Of a DNA stretch of 64,000 nucleotides, positions 12,134 to 23,732 are shown in pieces. Where the stretch lies: the NCBI GenBank assembly GCA_030390025.1, contig JASTWF010000329.1, forward strand, positions 124,001 through 188,000, written 5' to 3'. The notes under the pieces are model-generated. The model saw only the letters and a list, made by a program, of their open reading frames with translations. It searched no databases and was not told the origin of the DNA. How positions within the stretch are numbered: the stretch's first letter is position 1; every line of letters begins with the position of its first letter. The position numbers and the translations under genes were made by a program. This DNA is from Squalus acanthias. Lineage: Eukaryota.

Positions 12134-13279
12134 CTGCAGAGGTTGGATTCTGATGTTATTGCTGCCGCTAATTACATCCTGAACTGAATCGTGTTCACAC
12201 TGACAGTTGGGGTTTGTTTCTGCTGATGTTAATAACCCCTGTAACTGGGCTGGAGTTTAATATTCTGGATATATGTCAGATAAATCAGTTTGCTTTAAAC
12301 AGATTGTTGTGGATTTTTGTCGTTCCCACCTGAGTGTTTAGCATCACCTGGCTGGAGCTCAGAAAGGACAATCTGGGGGGAGGATCGTACGGCGGGAACA
12401 GAACTTCAGCCTGGACACAGTCCTTCAGGGCCACACTGAGAGGGGCAAATGGCACTTTGGTCTTTCTCGTCTCTCTTCACTGACAGCAATGTCCCCGTGC
12501 AGGTTAATCTTGAGGCCTGTAAGGAATGTGTCCCAGCCGCTCTCTTCCATGGGTCAGAGCTCCTGGGCACGGAACAGAAGGCTCCTTTACAACTGTGTTT
12601 AGAGTCAGGAAGAACAACGGTGAATGCTGGAAACGTGCTGTCAAATCAGAGATTGGTGTCAAACTGCGATCTGTTCCTGACTGAAAGTGAAACGGCAGGG
12701 TTAAGTTTCCAGTCTAAAAATGACTGGTAATTATTCCACGAGGATTTAATATGTGTGTGTGAGACAGTCCTGAGTCTACCAGTTTAAGGCAGGTGTTAGC
12801 TCATTTAAAATAAACCCGTTTAAAATAAATTGGTTAAAGTCTGCATTAAAATAGCAGAGGGAGGAGTTCACAGGAGCCTGTTTACTGCTGGTACAATTAT
12901 ACAACAGACATTTGATCTCCAGATAAAGAAGGACCTGCAGCGTGTTTCCAGGAATTCCCTGTTTTATTGATGTGTGCGTGTTAGACACCAGGATAACTAA
13001 AAATACACGACCCGGAACATCCACGGGGTGCGATCCCGACAGTTACTCTGGGATCACTCCCGCTGTGGAACTCCAGCACTGACCCTGCTGAAGGTTGTAG
13101 GCTCAGGGAGTGGGGCCTCCAGGAGTGGACTGTGAGAAAGCTGGGTTTCAGTATCCTGACACATATATGGTGAGGAACCAGAGGAATCCTTACCAAGGAG
13201 CTGTCTGGGGTTTAACCTGTCAGTGTAGGTCGAGGGGTGAATGATGCCTGACTCCCCGAACTGTCTCACGTTGAACCCA

Positions 13280-13415
13280 GTCACTGTTTATATTACACTA
13301 GACCCTGTCTCTGTTTATATTACACTCGACCCTGTCTCTGTTTGTATTACACTCGACCCTGTCTCTGTTTATATTACACTAGACCCTGTCTCTGTTTATA
13401 TTACACTAGACCCAC
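13280..13415. repeat. 27-bp minisatellite (CTCTGTTTATATTACACTAGACCCTGT), ~5 copies
   Basis: Direct tandem repeat. Confidence 0.9.
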
Positions 13416-13417
13416 AG

Positions 13418-15017
13418 TATAAAGCCCCACAGTCTCCCCTGGCTCTAGGCCCTGAACAAGGGTCTGGAGATGGGGAATAAAGCCCCACAGTTTCCCCTGG
13501 CCCCAGGGCCTGAAGAAAGGTCTGGAGAAGCGGAATAAAGCCCCACAGTCTCCCCTGGCCCCAGGGTCTGAACAAGGGTCTGGAGAAGGGGAATAAAGCC
13601 CCACAGTCACCCCTGGCCCCAGGGTCTGAACAAGGGTCTGGAGAAGGGGAATAAAGTCCCACAGTCTCCCCTGGCCCCAGGCCTGAACAAGGGTCTGGAG
13701 AAGGGGAATAAAGCCCCACAGTCTCCCCTGGCCCCAGGGTCTGAACAAGGGTCTGGAGAAGGGGAATAAAGCCCCACAGTCTCCCCTGGCCCCAGGGTCT
13801 GAACAAGGGTCTGGAGAAGGGGAATAAAGCCCCACAGTCTCCCCTGGCCCCAGGGTCTGAACAAGGGTCTGGAGAAGGGGAATAAAGCCCCACAGTCTCC
13901 CCTGGCCCCAGGGTCTGAACAAGGGTCTGGAGAAGGGGAATAAAGTCCCACAGTCTCCCCTGGCCCCAGGGTCTGAACAAGGGTCTGGAGAAGGGGAATA
14001 AAGCCCCACAGTCTCCCCTGGCCCCAGGCCCTGAACAAGGGTCTGGAGAAGGGGATGAAAGCCCCACAGTCTCCCCTGGCCCCAGGGTCTGAACAAGGGT
14101 CTGGAGAAGGGGAATAAAGCCCCACAGTCTCCCCTGGCCCCAGGGTCTGAACAAGGGACTGGAGAAGGGGAATAAAGCCCCACAGTCTCCCCTGGCCCCT
14201 GGGTCTGGAGAAGGGGAATAAAGTCCCACAGTCTCCCCTGGCCCCAGGGTCTGGAGAAGGGGAATAAAGCCCCACAGTCTCCCCTGGCCCCTGGGTCTGG
14301 AGAAGGGGAATAAAGTCCCACAGTCTCCCCTGGCCCCAGGCCCTGAACAAGGGTCTGGAGAAGGGGAATAAAGTCCCACAGTCTCCCCTGGCCCCAGGGT
14401 CTTAACAAGGGTCTGGAGAAGGGGAATAAAGTCCCACAGTCTCCCCTGGCCCCAGGGTCTGAACAAGGGTCTGGAAAAGGGGAATAAAGCCCCACAGTCT
14501 CCCCTGGCCCCAGGGCCTGAACAAGGGTCTGGAGAAGGGGAATAAAGTCCCACAGTCTCCCCTGGCCCCAGGGTCTTAACAAGGGTCTGGAGAAGGGGAA
14601 TAAAGTCCCACAGTCTCCCCTGGCCCCAGGGTCTTAACAAGGGTCTGGAGAAGGGGAATAAAGTCCCACAGTCTCCCCTGGCCCCAGGGTCTTAACAAGG
14701 GTCTGGAGAAGGGGAATAAAGTCCCACAGTCTCCCCTGGCCCCAGGCCCTGAACAAGGGTCTGGAGAAGGGGCATAAAGCCTCACAGTCTCCCCTGGCCC
14801 CAGGCCCTGAACATGGGACTGAAGAAGGGGACTAAAGCCCCACAGTCTCCCCTGGCCCCAGGCCCTGAACAAGGGTCTGGAGAAGGGGAATAAAGCCTCA
14901 CAGTCTCCCCTGGCCCCAGGGTCTGAACAAGGGACTGGAGAAGGGGAATAAAGCCCCACAGTCTCCCCTGGCCCCAGGGTCTGAACAAAGGACTGAAGAA
15001 GGGGAATAAAGCCCCAC
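13418..15017. repeat. 59-bp minisatellite, ~28 copies, most with AATAAA
   Basis: Unit GGGAATAAAGCCCCACAGTCTCCCCTGGCCCCAGGGTCTGAACAAGGGTCTGGAGAAGG, with some shorter variant units. Confidence 0.97.
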
Positions 15018-15019
15018 GG

Positions 15020-15170
15020 ACTCAGGGACCCAGCGCGCAGGCGCAGGGGCGGATGGTTGACAGTCCCACAGGGTGTGTGTGCCGAGCATGCGCGGTGCGG
15101 ACCGAGCAGGAGTGGGCGGGGCCATGTGTCGCATGCGTGGTGTCAGCAGCGGCTGGAGCGCGGGGGCTTA
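15020..15170. promoter_or_regulatory. CpG-rich promoter-like remnant (NRF1-like and GC-box motifs)
   Basis: GCGCGCAGGCGCAGGGGCGG, GAGCATGCGCGG and GTGGGCGGGGC, resembling the ZNF promoter module. Confidence 0.4.
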
Positions 15171-15324
15171 TGGGTATTTCAACCAACCTGGGCAGCAGCT
15201 GGGGCTGTAAATCAGCTTCACTGCCCCTGGGCTGGGAAAGGGGGACATGAGACAGCTTTCTCCCTCTTACCCCTTTCTACACTCCGTTTACAGGGTGTTA
15301 GTCCTGGAGCGTTTACAGACAGGA

Positions 15325-16055
15325 AGCTCAAGGGACCTGCAACGAGACCTGGGTGTCCTTGAACAACAGTCGCTGAAGGTAAGCATGCAGGTGCAGCAGG
15401 CGGTTAAGAAGGCAAATGGTATGTTGACCTTCATAGCGAGAGGATTTGAGTACAGGAGCAAGGATGTCTTGCTGCAGTTGTACAGGGCCTTGGTGAGACC
15501 ACACCTTGAGTATTGTGTGCAGTTTTGGTCGCCATATCTGAGGAAGGATGTTCTTGCCATGGAGGGAGTGCAGCGAAGATTCACCAGACTGATACCTGGG
15601 ATGGCAGGAATGACGTATGAGGAGAGATTGGGACGATTGGGCTTATACTCGCTGGAGTTTAGAAGAATGAGAGGGGATCTCATTGAAACTTATAAAATTC
15701 TAACAGGACTAGACAGACTAGATGCAGGAAGGATGTTCCCGATGGTCGGGGAGTCCAGAACCAGGGCTCACAGTCTAAAGATAAGGGGTAAGCCATTTAG
15801 GACAGAGATGAGGAGGAATTTCTTCACCCAGAGTGGTGAACCTGTGGAATTCTCTACCACAGAAGGTAGTTGAGGCCAATTCATTAAATATATTCAAGAA
15901 GGAGTTAGATATATTTCTTAAGGCTAAAGGGATATGGGGAGAAAGCAGGGACAGGGTACTGGATTTGGATGATCAGCCATGATCTCATTAAATGGCGGAG
16001 CAGGCTCGAGGGGCCGAATGGCCTACTCCTGCTCCTATCTTCTATGTTTCTATGT
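15325..16055 (+). mobile_element. CR1-clade LINE, 5'-truncated 3' fragment
   Basis: LYRALVRPHLEYCVQFWSPY...LEFRRMRGDLIETYKI, with the 3' stem-loop region and (TTCTATGT)n tail. Confidence 0.93.
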
Positions 16056-16102
16056 TTTTTAAGCCAAACATCAGGTCATGATCTGACAGAGTTGCTCGAT
16101 TG

Positions 16103-16429
16103 ATAGAATCATAGAATGGTTACAACACAGAATGAGGCCATTCGGCCCGTTGAGCCTGTGCCGGCTCTCTGCAAGAGCAGTTCAGCTAGTCCCACTCCCC
16201 CACCCTTTACCCGGAGCCCTGCAAATGTTTTTCTTTCAGATACTTAACCAATTCTCTTTTGAAAGCCATGATTGAGTCTGCCTCCAGCACCCTTTCAGGC
16301 AGTGCTTTCCAGATCCTAACCACTCGCTGCGTAAAAAAGTTTTTCCTCATGTCGCCTTTGGTTCTTTTGCCAATCACCTTAAATCTGTGACCTCTGGTTC
16401 TCGACCCTTCTGCCAATGGGAACAGTTTA
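16103..16429 (-). mobile_element. CR1-clade LINE 3' fragment
   Basis: SRTRGHRFKVIG...NFFTQRVVRIW, with an (ATTCTATG)n-type tail. Confidence 0.88.
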
Positions 16430-17105
16430 CATAAGAACATGAGAAATACGAGCAGGAGTAGGCCATTTGGATCCTCGAGCCTGCTCCGCCATTCAAGAAG
16501 ATCATGGCTGATCTTCTACCTCAACTCCACTTTCCTGCACTATCCCCATATCCCTTGATTCCCTTAATATCCAAAAATCTATCGATCTCTGTCTTGAATA
16601 TACTCAACGATTGAGACTCCACCGCCCTCTGGGGTGGAGAATTCCAAAGATTCACCACCCTCTGAGTGAAGAAATTTCTCATCAGTCCTAAATCAGGGCA
16701 ACACGGTGGCATAGTGGTTAGCACTGTTGCCTCACAGCGCCAGGGACCCGGGTTCGAATCCGGCCTCGGCTGACTGTCTGTGTGGAGTTTGCACATTCTC
16801 CCCGTGTCTGCGTGGGTTTCCTCCGGGTGCTCCGGTTTCCTCCCACAGTCCAAAGATGTGCGGGTTAGGTTGATTTGGCTATGATAAATTGACCCTTAGT
16901 GTTAGGGGGATTAAATATGTGGGGTTACGGGGATAGGGTGGGATATGTGTCGGTGCAGGCTCGATGGGCCGAAATGGCCTCTATCTGCACTGTGGGGATT
17001 CTGTGAAATATCCGACCCCTTATTCTGAGACTGTGACCCCTGGTTCTCGACTCCCCAGCCAGGGGAAATATCCTCCCTGCATCTACCCTGTCAAGCCCTG
17101 TAAAA
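16430..17105 (-). mobile_element. CR1-clade LINE 3' fragment interrupted by a SINE
   Basis: MRNFFTQRVVNLWNS...GIKGYG. The sequence resumes after the SINE at about 17006. Confidence 0.85.
16696..17005 (+). mobile_element. tRNA-derived V-SINE (HE1-like)
   Basis: A box TGGCATAGTGG, B box GGTTCGAATCC, V-domain GTGTGGAGTTTGCACATTCTCCCCGTGTCTGCGTGGGTTTCCTCCGGGTGCTCCGGTTTCCTCCCACA, and a CR1-like tail. Confidence 0.88.
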
Positions 17106-17114
17106 AAATTGTTT

Positions 17115-17620
17115 CAATCTATCTACTCTGTCCAGACCCCTTATGATTTTGAACCCCTCTATCTAATCTCCTCTCAATCTTCTGTGCTCCAAGGAGAACA
17201 ATCCGAGTTTCTCCAGTCTATCCACGCAACTGAAGTCTCTCATCCCTTTCTCAACCTGCTCTGCCACCTTCAATGATTTGTGCACATATACCCCCAGGTC
17301 TCTCTGTTCATGCACCCCCTTTAGGATTGTACCCTTTATTTTATATTTCCTCTCAGTCTTTCTACCAAAATGTATGACTTCGCACTTTTCTGCGTTAAAT
17401 TTCACCTGCCACGTGTCCGCCCATTTCACCAGCCTGTCTCTGTCCTCTTGAAGTCTATCACTATCCTCCTCACTGTTCACTATACTTCCAAGTTTTGTGT
17501 CATCTGCAAATTTTGAAATAGTGCCCTGTACACCCAAGTCCAAGTCATTAATATATATCAAGAAAAGCAGTGGTCCACGTACTGAGCCCTGGGGAACATC
17601 ACTGCGTACCTTCCTCCAGC
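17115..17620 (-). mobile_element. CR1 RT fragment
   Basis: VPQGSV..GPLLFLIYINDL..KFADDTKL. Confidence 0.9.
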
Positions 17621-17621
17621 C

Positions 17622-17908
17622 CGTTAAAGTGAGGCCCTGTCTGCTCTCTGAGATGGACGTAAAAGATCCCAAGGCACTATTTCGATGAAGTGTTGGGGAG
17701 TTATTCCCCCATGTCCTGGCCAATATTTATCCCTCAATCAACATAACAAACACAGATTATCTGGTCATTATCACATTGCTGTTTCTGGGAGCTTGCTGTC
17801 CGCAAATCGGCTGCCGCGTTTCCCACATTACATCAGTGACTACACTCCAAAAGTACTTCATTGGCTGTGGTGGTGAAAGGCGCTATATAAATGCAAGTCT
17901 TTCTTTCT
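17622..17908 (+). mobile_element. Deu-SINE-like (SacSINE1-like) 3' part
   Basis: GGACGTAAAAGATCCC..GGCACTATTTCG..CCTGGCCAATATTTATCCCTC core and GGCGCTATATAAATGCAAGTCTTTCTTTCT tail. Confidence 0.75.
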
Positions 17909-18114
17909 CGGCCAATTTCGCACCCATGCTGTCCCTTTTATTCCATGGGCTCCGACTTTGCTTTGATTGCTCAGGACCTGAATATCAGCGGCCTTTGCAC
18001 AGGGAAGCAGAGAGCAGCGATGGCAGGGCGGACAGACCGCCCGGTGTTGGGTGTGAGCAGGCGGATTGAGGGACCGCCTGCCCTGGCGAGACAATACGGG
18101 AAAGGAGGAAAAGG

Positions 18115-18615
18115 AGACCAGCGCGCAGGCGCAGCGCCGCCTGTTGGGGGGCTGGGGGAGGAATCCAGCGCGCAGGCGCAGCGCCGGCTGTGGGGGAAGA
18201 GGAGCCCAGCGCGCAGGCGCAGCGCAGCCTCTGGGGGGAGGAATCCAGCGCGCAGGCGCAGTGCCGCCTGTGGGTGGAGCATGCGCAGTGTGACTGTGAT
18301 CAAGGCCGGGCGAGAACTGGTGGCGGTCAGAGTCGGGAGAAGAGGTTTTTGCGCCGATTACGTATCAGCGGGGCGCAGGGACGAAACACACACGGCGGGT
18401 GGGCTTCATAAACATCTAGTGCGGGCCGCAAGCCTGGAAGGAGAACCTAGAGGTTCCGCGTTTGCAGCTCCGGGGCTTTTTCCCGGGAACAGGCCCAGAT
18501 TAACGGTAGCCATCTTTGTAAAGGACAATGGGGGGGTCTTTAGACCAACTTGATTATCGCGGCCATCTTTGTAAAGGGGGCTATAGTGGGCGGGGCTTCA
18601 GGGTCCCAGTGAGTG
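18115..18615 (+). promoter_or_regulatory. CpG-island promoter / non-coding first exon of type-B ZNF copy 1
   Basis: Four tandem CAGCGCGCAGGCGCAG motifs (NRF1-like), GCCATCTTTG (YY1-like), GGGCGGGG, and candidate donor CCCA/GTGAGT at about 18609. Homologous to 38545-38955, 50000-50410 and 61040-62290. Confidence 0.65.
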
Positions 18616-18744
18616 AACTGAACCCAGCCAGAGTCAGCACCTTCAGGGGAGGAGAGGGAGGGGAACCAGTGAGTGTAGAACTGAACCCAGCCAGAGTCAG
18701 CACCTTCAGTGTGTTGGAGATGGTGCGATGGGTTTGGATTTCAG

Positions 18745-18850
18745 TCATAATGCGGAGATGCCGGTGTTGGACTGAGGTGGACAAAATTGAGAGCTTGTGA
18801 TTTCAAATAAAACTGTTGGACTATAACCTGGTGTTGTGGGACCTCTCAAT
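18745..18850. mobile_element. Short inverted Penelope-type pLTR insertion with 12-bp TSD
   Basis: TTTGGATTTCAG at both 18733-18744 and 18851-18862. The paralog at about 37905-37920 is empty. The two halves of the pLTR are in opposite orientation. Confidence 0.8.
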
Positions 18851-19128
18851 TTTGGATTTCAGCACAGGGAGGAGGGAGAGTGTGTGGGATGGAGATTTAC
18901 AGCTTTGGGGGAACAAGAGAGGAAAGAATGTTCCATAGAAACTAGAATTGTCTGTTCTGAATTTCTATCCTCTACTCAGTGATGTCTTTTGTAAACTCCT
19001 TTGACAGGCTGTGAGAAGGGGAGGATTGACAGACAGGAAACTCAAACCAAACATCATTTGAAGATCTGACAGAGTCACTCCATTCATCAGGACCTGAATA
19101 TCATCGGCCTTTGAATGTGGAAGGAGAA

Positions 19129-20046
19129 ATGTTTGTCTGTTTTGTCTGTGGGAAAAGATTTCAAAAATCAGTGTGACTGGAAAAGCACCGAGACACACAC
19201 ACCCGAGTGAGAGTGTTCCAGTGCACTGACTGTGGAAAGAGCTTTAACCAGTTACACAGCCTGAAAAAACATCGCACCGTTCACAGCGGGGAGAAACCGT
19301 ACACGTGTTCTGTGTGTGGACGAGGCTTCAACTGATCGACCAACCTGGAGAGACACAAGGACACCCGCACCACGGAGAAACCGTGGAAATGTGGGGACTG
19401 TGGGCAGGGATTCAATTACCCGTCCCAGCTGGAAATTCATCAACGCAGTCACACTGGGGAGAGACTGTTCACCTGCTCTGTGTGTGGGAACAGATTCACT
19501 CGGTCATCCCACCTGCTGACACACCAGCGACTTCACACTGGGGAGAGGCCGTTCACCTGCTCTGTGTGTGGGAAGGGATTCACTAACTCCTCCAGCCTCA
19601 CTTCACACCAACGCGTTCACACTGATAAGAGACCTTTTAAATGTTCTGAGTGTGAGAAGAGCTTTAAAAGCACAAGGGATCTTCTGACACACCAGCGAGT
19701 TCACACTGGGGAGTGGCCGTTCACCTGCTCCCTGTGTGGGAAGGGTTTCACTCAGCCATCCCAGCTGCTGACACACCAGCGAGTTCACACTGGGGAGAGG
19801 CCATTCACCTGCTCTGAGTGTGGGAAGGGATTCAATCAGTCATCCCACCTGCTGACACACCAGCGAGTTCACACTGGGGAGAGGCCGTTCACCTGCTCCG
19901 AGTGTGGGAAGGGATTCACTCAGTCATCCCAGCTGCTGACACACCAGCGAGTTCACACTGGGGAGAGGCCGTTCACCTGCTCTGAGTGTGGGAAGGGATT
20001 CACTCGGTCATCCGACCTGCTGGAACACCAGCGAGTTCACAAGTGA
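19129..20046 (+). pseudogene. C2H2 zinc-finger gene type B copy 1: one reading frame with two in-frame TGA, then 8 intact fingers lacking an AUG (pseudogene or non-canonically translated)
   Basis: ATG 19129, TGA 19174, TGA 19333, ACG 19372 (ACCACGG), terminal TGA 20044. Acceptor ends at 19007. Confidence 0.7.
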
Positions 20047-20419
20047 CTGCAGGGCTTAGATTCTGCTGTTATTGCTGCTGTTAAACTCATCCAGGACTGA
20101 ACCACGTTCATTCTGACAGTTCGAGTTTGTTTCTGCTGATGTTAATAACCGCTCTAACTGGGCTGGAGATTAATATTTTGATATCTGTCAAATAGATTAA
20201 CTTTGTTTCGAACACACCGTGGGTCGAATCCTTGATTTCTCCAAGATAAGAGGAGACTAATTGATGTCCTGTTAATGACTGCTCCATTTTTGGGCCTTTT
20301 CTCTTTTCTAAATCAAGATTATTTCAGTTTTCATATCTTTAGTTACTTTCGTGCTCAAGCCCCAGCTCCCCAAACCTTCCAGAGTGCTTGGTATCAAGCG
20401 AAGGTATCGGTAACATGTC

Positions 20420-21237
20420 CGTGTACCTGCCCTGTGAGAGTTTGATGGGACAATGTAGAGGGAGCTTTACTCTGTATCTAAGCTATGCTAAACTGCCCTG
20501 GTAGTGTTTGATGAGACAGTGTTGAGGGAGTTTTACGCTGTATCTAACCCGTGCTGTATCTGACCTGGGACTGTTTGATGGAATAGTGTAGAGAGGGCTT
20601 TTCTCTGTATCTGACCCGTGCTGTACCTGCCCTGGGAGTGTTTGATAGGACAGTGCAGAGTAAGCTTTACTCTGTATCTAACCCGTGCTGTACCTGCCCT
20701 GGGAGTGTTTGACGGGACAGTGTAGAGGGAGCTTTACTCTGTATCTAACCCGTGCAGTACCTGCCCTGGGAGTTTTTGATGGGACAGTGTAGAGGGAGCT
20801 TTACTCTGTATCTAACCTGTGCTGTATCTGCCCTGGGAGTGTTTGATGGGACAGTGTAGAGGGAGTTTTACGCTGTATCTAACCCGTGCTGTATCTGACC
20901 TGGGACTGTTTGATGGGATAGTGTAGAGAGGGCTTTTCTCTGTATCTGACCCGTGCTGTACCTGTCCTGGGAGTGTTTGATAGGATAGTGTAGAGGGATC
21001 TTTAATCCGTATCTAACCTGTGCTGTACCTGATCTGGCAGTGTTTGATGGGTCAGTGTAGAGAGAGTTTACTCTGTATCTAACCCGTACTGTACATGTCC
21101 TGGAGTGTTTGATGGGACAGTGTAGAGGGTGCTTTACTCTTTATCTAGCGTGGGCTGTACCTGCCCTGGGAGTGTTTGATGGGACAGTATAGAGGGAGCT
21201 TTACTCTGTAACGAACCCGTGCTGTACCTGCCCTGGG
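20420..21237 (+). repeat. 67-bp minisatellite, ~12 copies
   Basis: Unit GTGCTGTACCTGCCCTGGGAGTGTTTGATGGGACAGTGTAGAGGGAGCTTTACTCTGTATCTAACCC. Confidence 0.96.
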
Positions 21238-22335
21238 AGGATTGGTTAATGGACAGAAAACAGAGAGTGGGGATAAACGGATCTTTTTCAGGTTGGCAGG
21301 CTGTAACTAGTGGGGTGTCGCAAGGATCAGTGTTGGGGCCTCAGCTATTTACAATCTGTATCAATGAGCTAGATGAAGGGACCGAGTGTAATGTATCCAA
21401 GTTTGCTGATGATACAAAGCTAGGTGGGACAGTAAGCTGTGAGGAGAACACAAAGAGTCTGCAAAGGGATATAGATAGACTAAGTGAGTGGGCAGTAAGG
21501 TGGCAGATGGAGTATAATGTAGGGAAATGTGAGGTTATTCACTTTGGTAGGAAGAATAGAAAAACATAATATTTTTTAAATGGTGAGAAACTTTCAAATG
21601 TTGGTGTTCAGAGAGATTTGGGTGTCCTTGTGCAAGAAACACAGAAAGCTAGCATGCAGGTACAGCAAGCAATAAGGAAGGCAAATGGCATGTTGGCCTT
21701 TATTGCAAGGGGTTGGAGTATAAGAGTAAGGAAGTCTTGCTACAATTGTACAGGGCCTTGGTGAGACCACACCTGGAGTACTGTGCACAGTTTTGGTCTC
21801 CTTATCTAAGGAAGGATATACATGCCTTGGAGGCAGTGCAACGAAGGTTCACTAGATTGATTCCTGGGATGAGAGGGCTGTCCTATGATGAGAGATTGTG
21901 TAGAATGGGCCTATACTCTCTGGAGTTTAGAAGAATGAGAGGTGATCTCATTGAAACATACAAGATTCTGAAGGGGATTGACAGGGTCAATGCTGAGAGG
22001 TTGTTTCCCTGGCTGGAGTGTCTAGAACTAGGGGGCATAGTCTCAGGATAAGGGGACGGCCATTTAAGACTGAGATGAGGAGGAATTTCTTCACTCAGAG
22101 TGTTGTGAATCTTTGGAATTCTCTGCCCCAGAGGGCTGTGAATGTTCAGTCTTTGAGTATATTCCAGGCTGAGATAGATAGATTTTTGGACTCTAGGGGA
22201 ATCAAGGGATATGGATATGGGGCGGGAAAGTGGAGTTGAGGTCGATGATCAGCCATGATCTTATTGAATGGCGGAGCAGGCTCGAGGGGCCGTATGGCCT
22301 ACTCCTGCTCTTATTTCTTATTTCCTATGTTCTTC
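21236..22335 (+). mobile_element. CR1-clade LINE, 5'-truncated, disrupted
   Basis: RKQRVGINGSFS..KFADDTKL..LVRPHLEY, with stops and frameshifts and a CR1 tail. Confidence 0.93.
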
Positions 22336-22417
22336 TCTGCTGGGTTTTGGCAGGAATCGAGGAAAAAACAGCTGGAAATTCCCTGATCTGTGATTTACAA
22401 GGACACTTTCCCTGGTG

Positions 22418-22995
22418 CATAAGAAACAGGAGCTGGAGTCGGCCATTCGGCCCCTCGAGTCTGCTCTACCATTCAATGAGATCACGGCTGATCTGATCTT
22501 GGCCTCAACTCCACTTTCCTGCCCGCTCCCCATAACCCTTGACTCCCCTGTTTTTCAAAAATCTGTCTATCTCCACCTTGAATATATTCAATGACTCCGC
22601 CTCCACAGCTCTCTGGGGTAGAGAATTCCACAGATTCACGACCCTCAGAGAAGAAATTCCTCCTCATCTCCGTTTTAAATTGGTGACCCCTTATTCTGAA
22701 ACTATGCCCCCTCATTCTAGATTCCCCCATGAGGGGAAACATGCTCCCTGCATCTACCCTGTCAAGCCCCTTCAGAATCTTATGTTTCAATAAGATCACC
22801 TCATTCTTCTAAACGCCAATGAGTATCGGCCCAACCTGCTCAACCTTTCCTCATAAGACAACTCCTTCAACTGAAGAATCAACCTCGTGAAGCTTCTCTG
22901 AACTGCCTCCAATGCAAGTGTATCCCTCCTTCAATAAGGAGAGTGAAACTGTCCGCAGTACTCCAGGTGTGGTCTCACTAACACCCTGTGCAGTG
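22418..22995 (-). mobile_element. CR1-clade LINE 3' fragment
   Basis: KILKGLDRVDAGSMFP..FKTEMRRNFF and the 3' end. Confidence 0.9.
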
Positions 22996-23039
22996 GTTCC
23001 CAGCAGTTACTTTTCTTCAGTAATGTTCTCTGTCACAAT

Positions 23040-23074
23040 GTTCTGACGAAAGGTCATCGACCTGAAACGTTAAC
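23040..23074 (+). ncRNA. Minimal type-I hammerhead ribozyme motif in a solo Penelope pLTR fragment (~23035-23140)
   Basis: GTT-CTGACGA-A-AGGTC atc GACCT-GAAA-CGTT-AAC. The downstream sequence matches the pLTR at 44020-44150. Confidence 0.75.
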
Positions 23075-23732
23075 TCTGTTTCTCTCTTCACAGATGCTGC
23101 CTGACCTGCTGAGTATCTCCAGCATTTTCTGTTTTTATTTCTCTATCACTAAATGGCCCCCTGCTGTTAATGATGTCATCTCTTATAGTTTCACAATTAC
23201 ACGTATAAACATCACACATTATAATCTAATCTATTCTATTACTCACTGTGGTTTAAGCTTACATTGTGGTTAGTAACAGACAGAACCTGTTCTTTCCCCT
23301 GATCTGATTACAGACTCCAACATGTCGATTCAGTGAATGGATTGTCTTACCAGTGTTGCCATGGCGACCTGTCTGCAGTGAAAGGCCTGTTTGAGTTTCT
23401 AACTCAGACTAAACTTCTCTCTCCCATAATACACATTATATCAGACATTCGATGTCAATGTATTTTAGCCATGTTATGTTAATATCTCTAAAATCTACAG
23501 GGAGATCAGATACACAAATCTTTAAAAGTTGGAGGACAAGTTTATAAAGTGGTTTAAAAATGTTACCCGAGGTTTTTTATAAATGGGGCGTAGAAAACAA
23601 AACCATCGGTTCGGCTGCAGTTAGAACAAGTTTTGGGCATCTTCCACTAGGAAGGATGTCAGGGCCACAGAGAGGCTGCAGAATCGATTCACTGAGGTTA
23701 TACCACAGATGAGAGGCTTCAGTTATCAGAGA

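Noticed and set aside
13396..14988. 400-aa minus-strand ORFs
   Set aside because: They come from the 59-bp minisatellite, whose minus strand lacks stop codons in all three frames.
16696..16770. tRNA gene
   Set aside because: The A/B boxes belong to the head of a V-SINE and are followed by the SINE body, with no full cloverleaf or terminator.
20047..20215. SECIS element to decode the type-B UGAs
   Set aside because: No AUGA/AA/GA kink-turn arrangement recognised by eye, and the same UTR is present in type-A genes that have no internal UGA.
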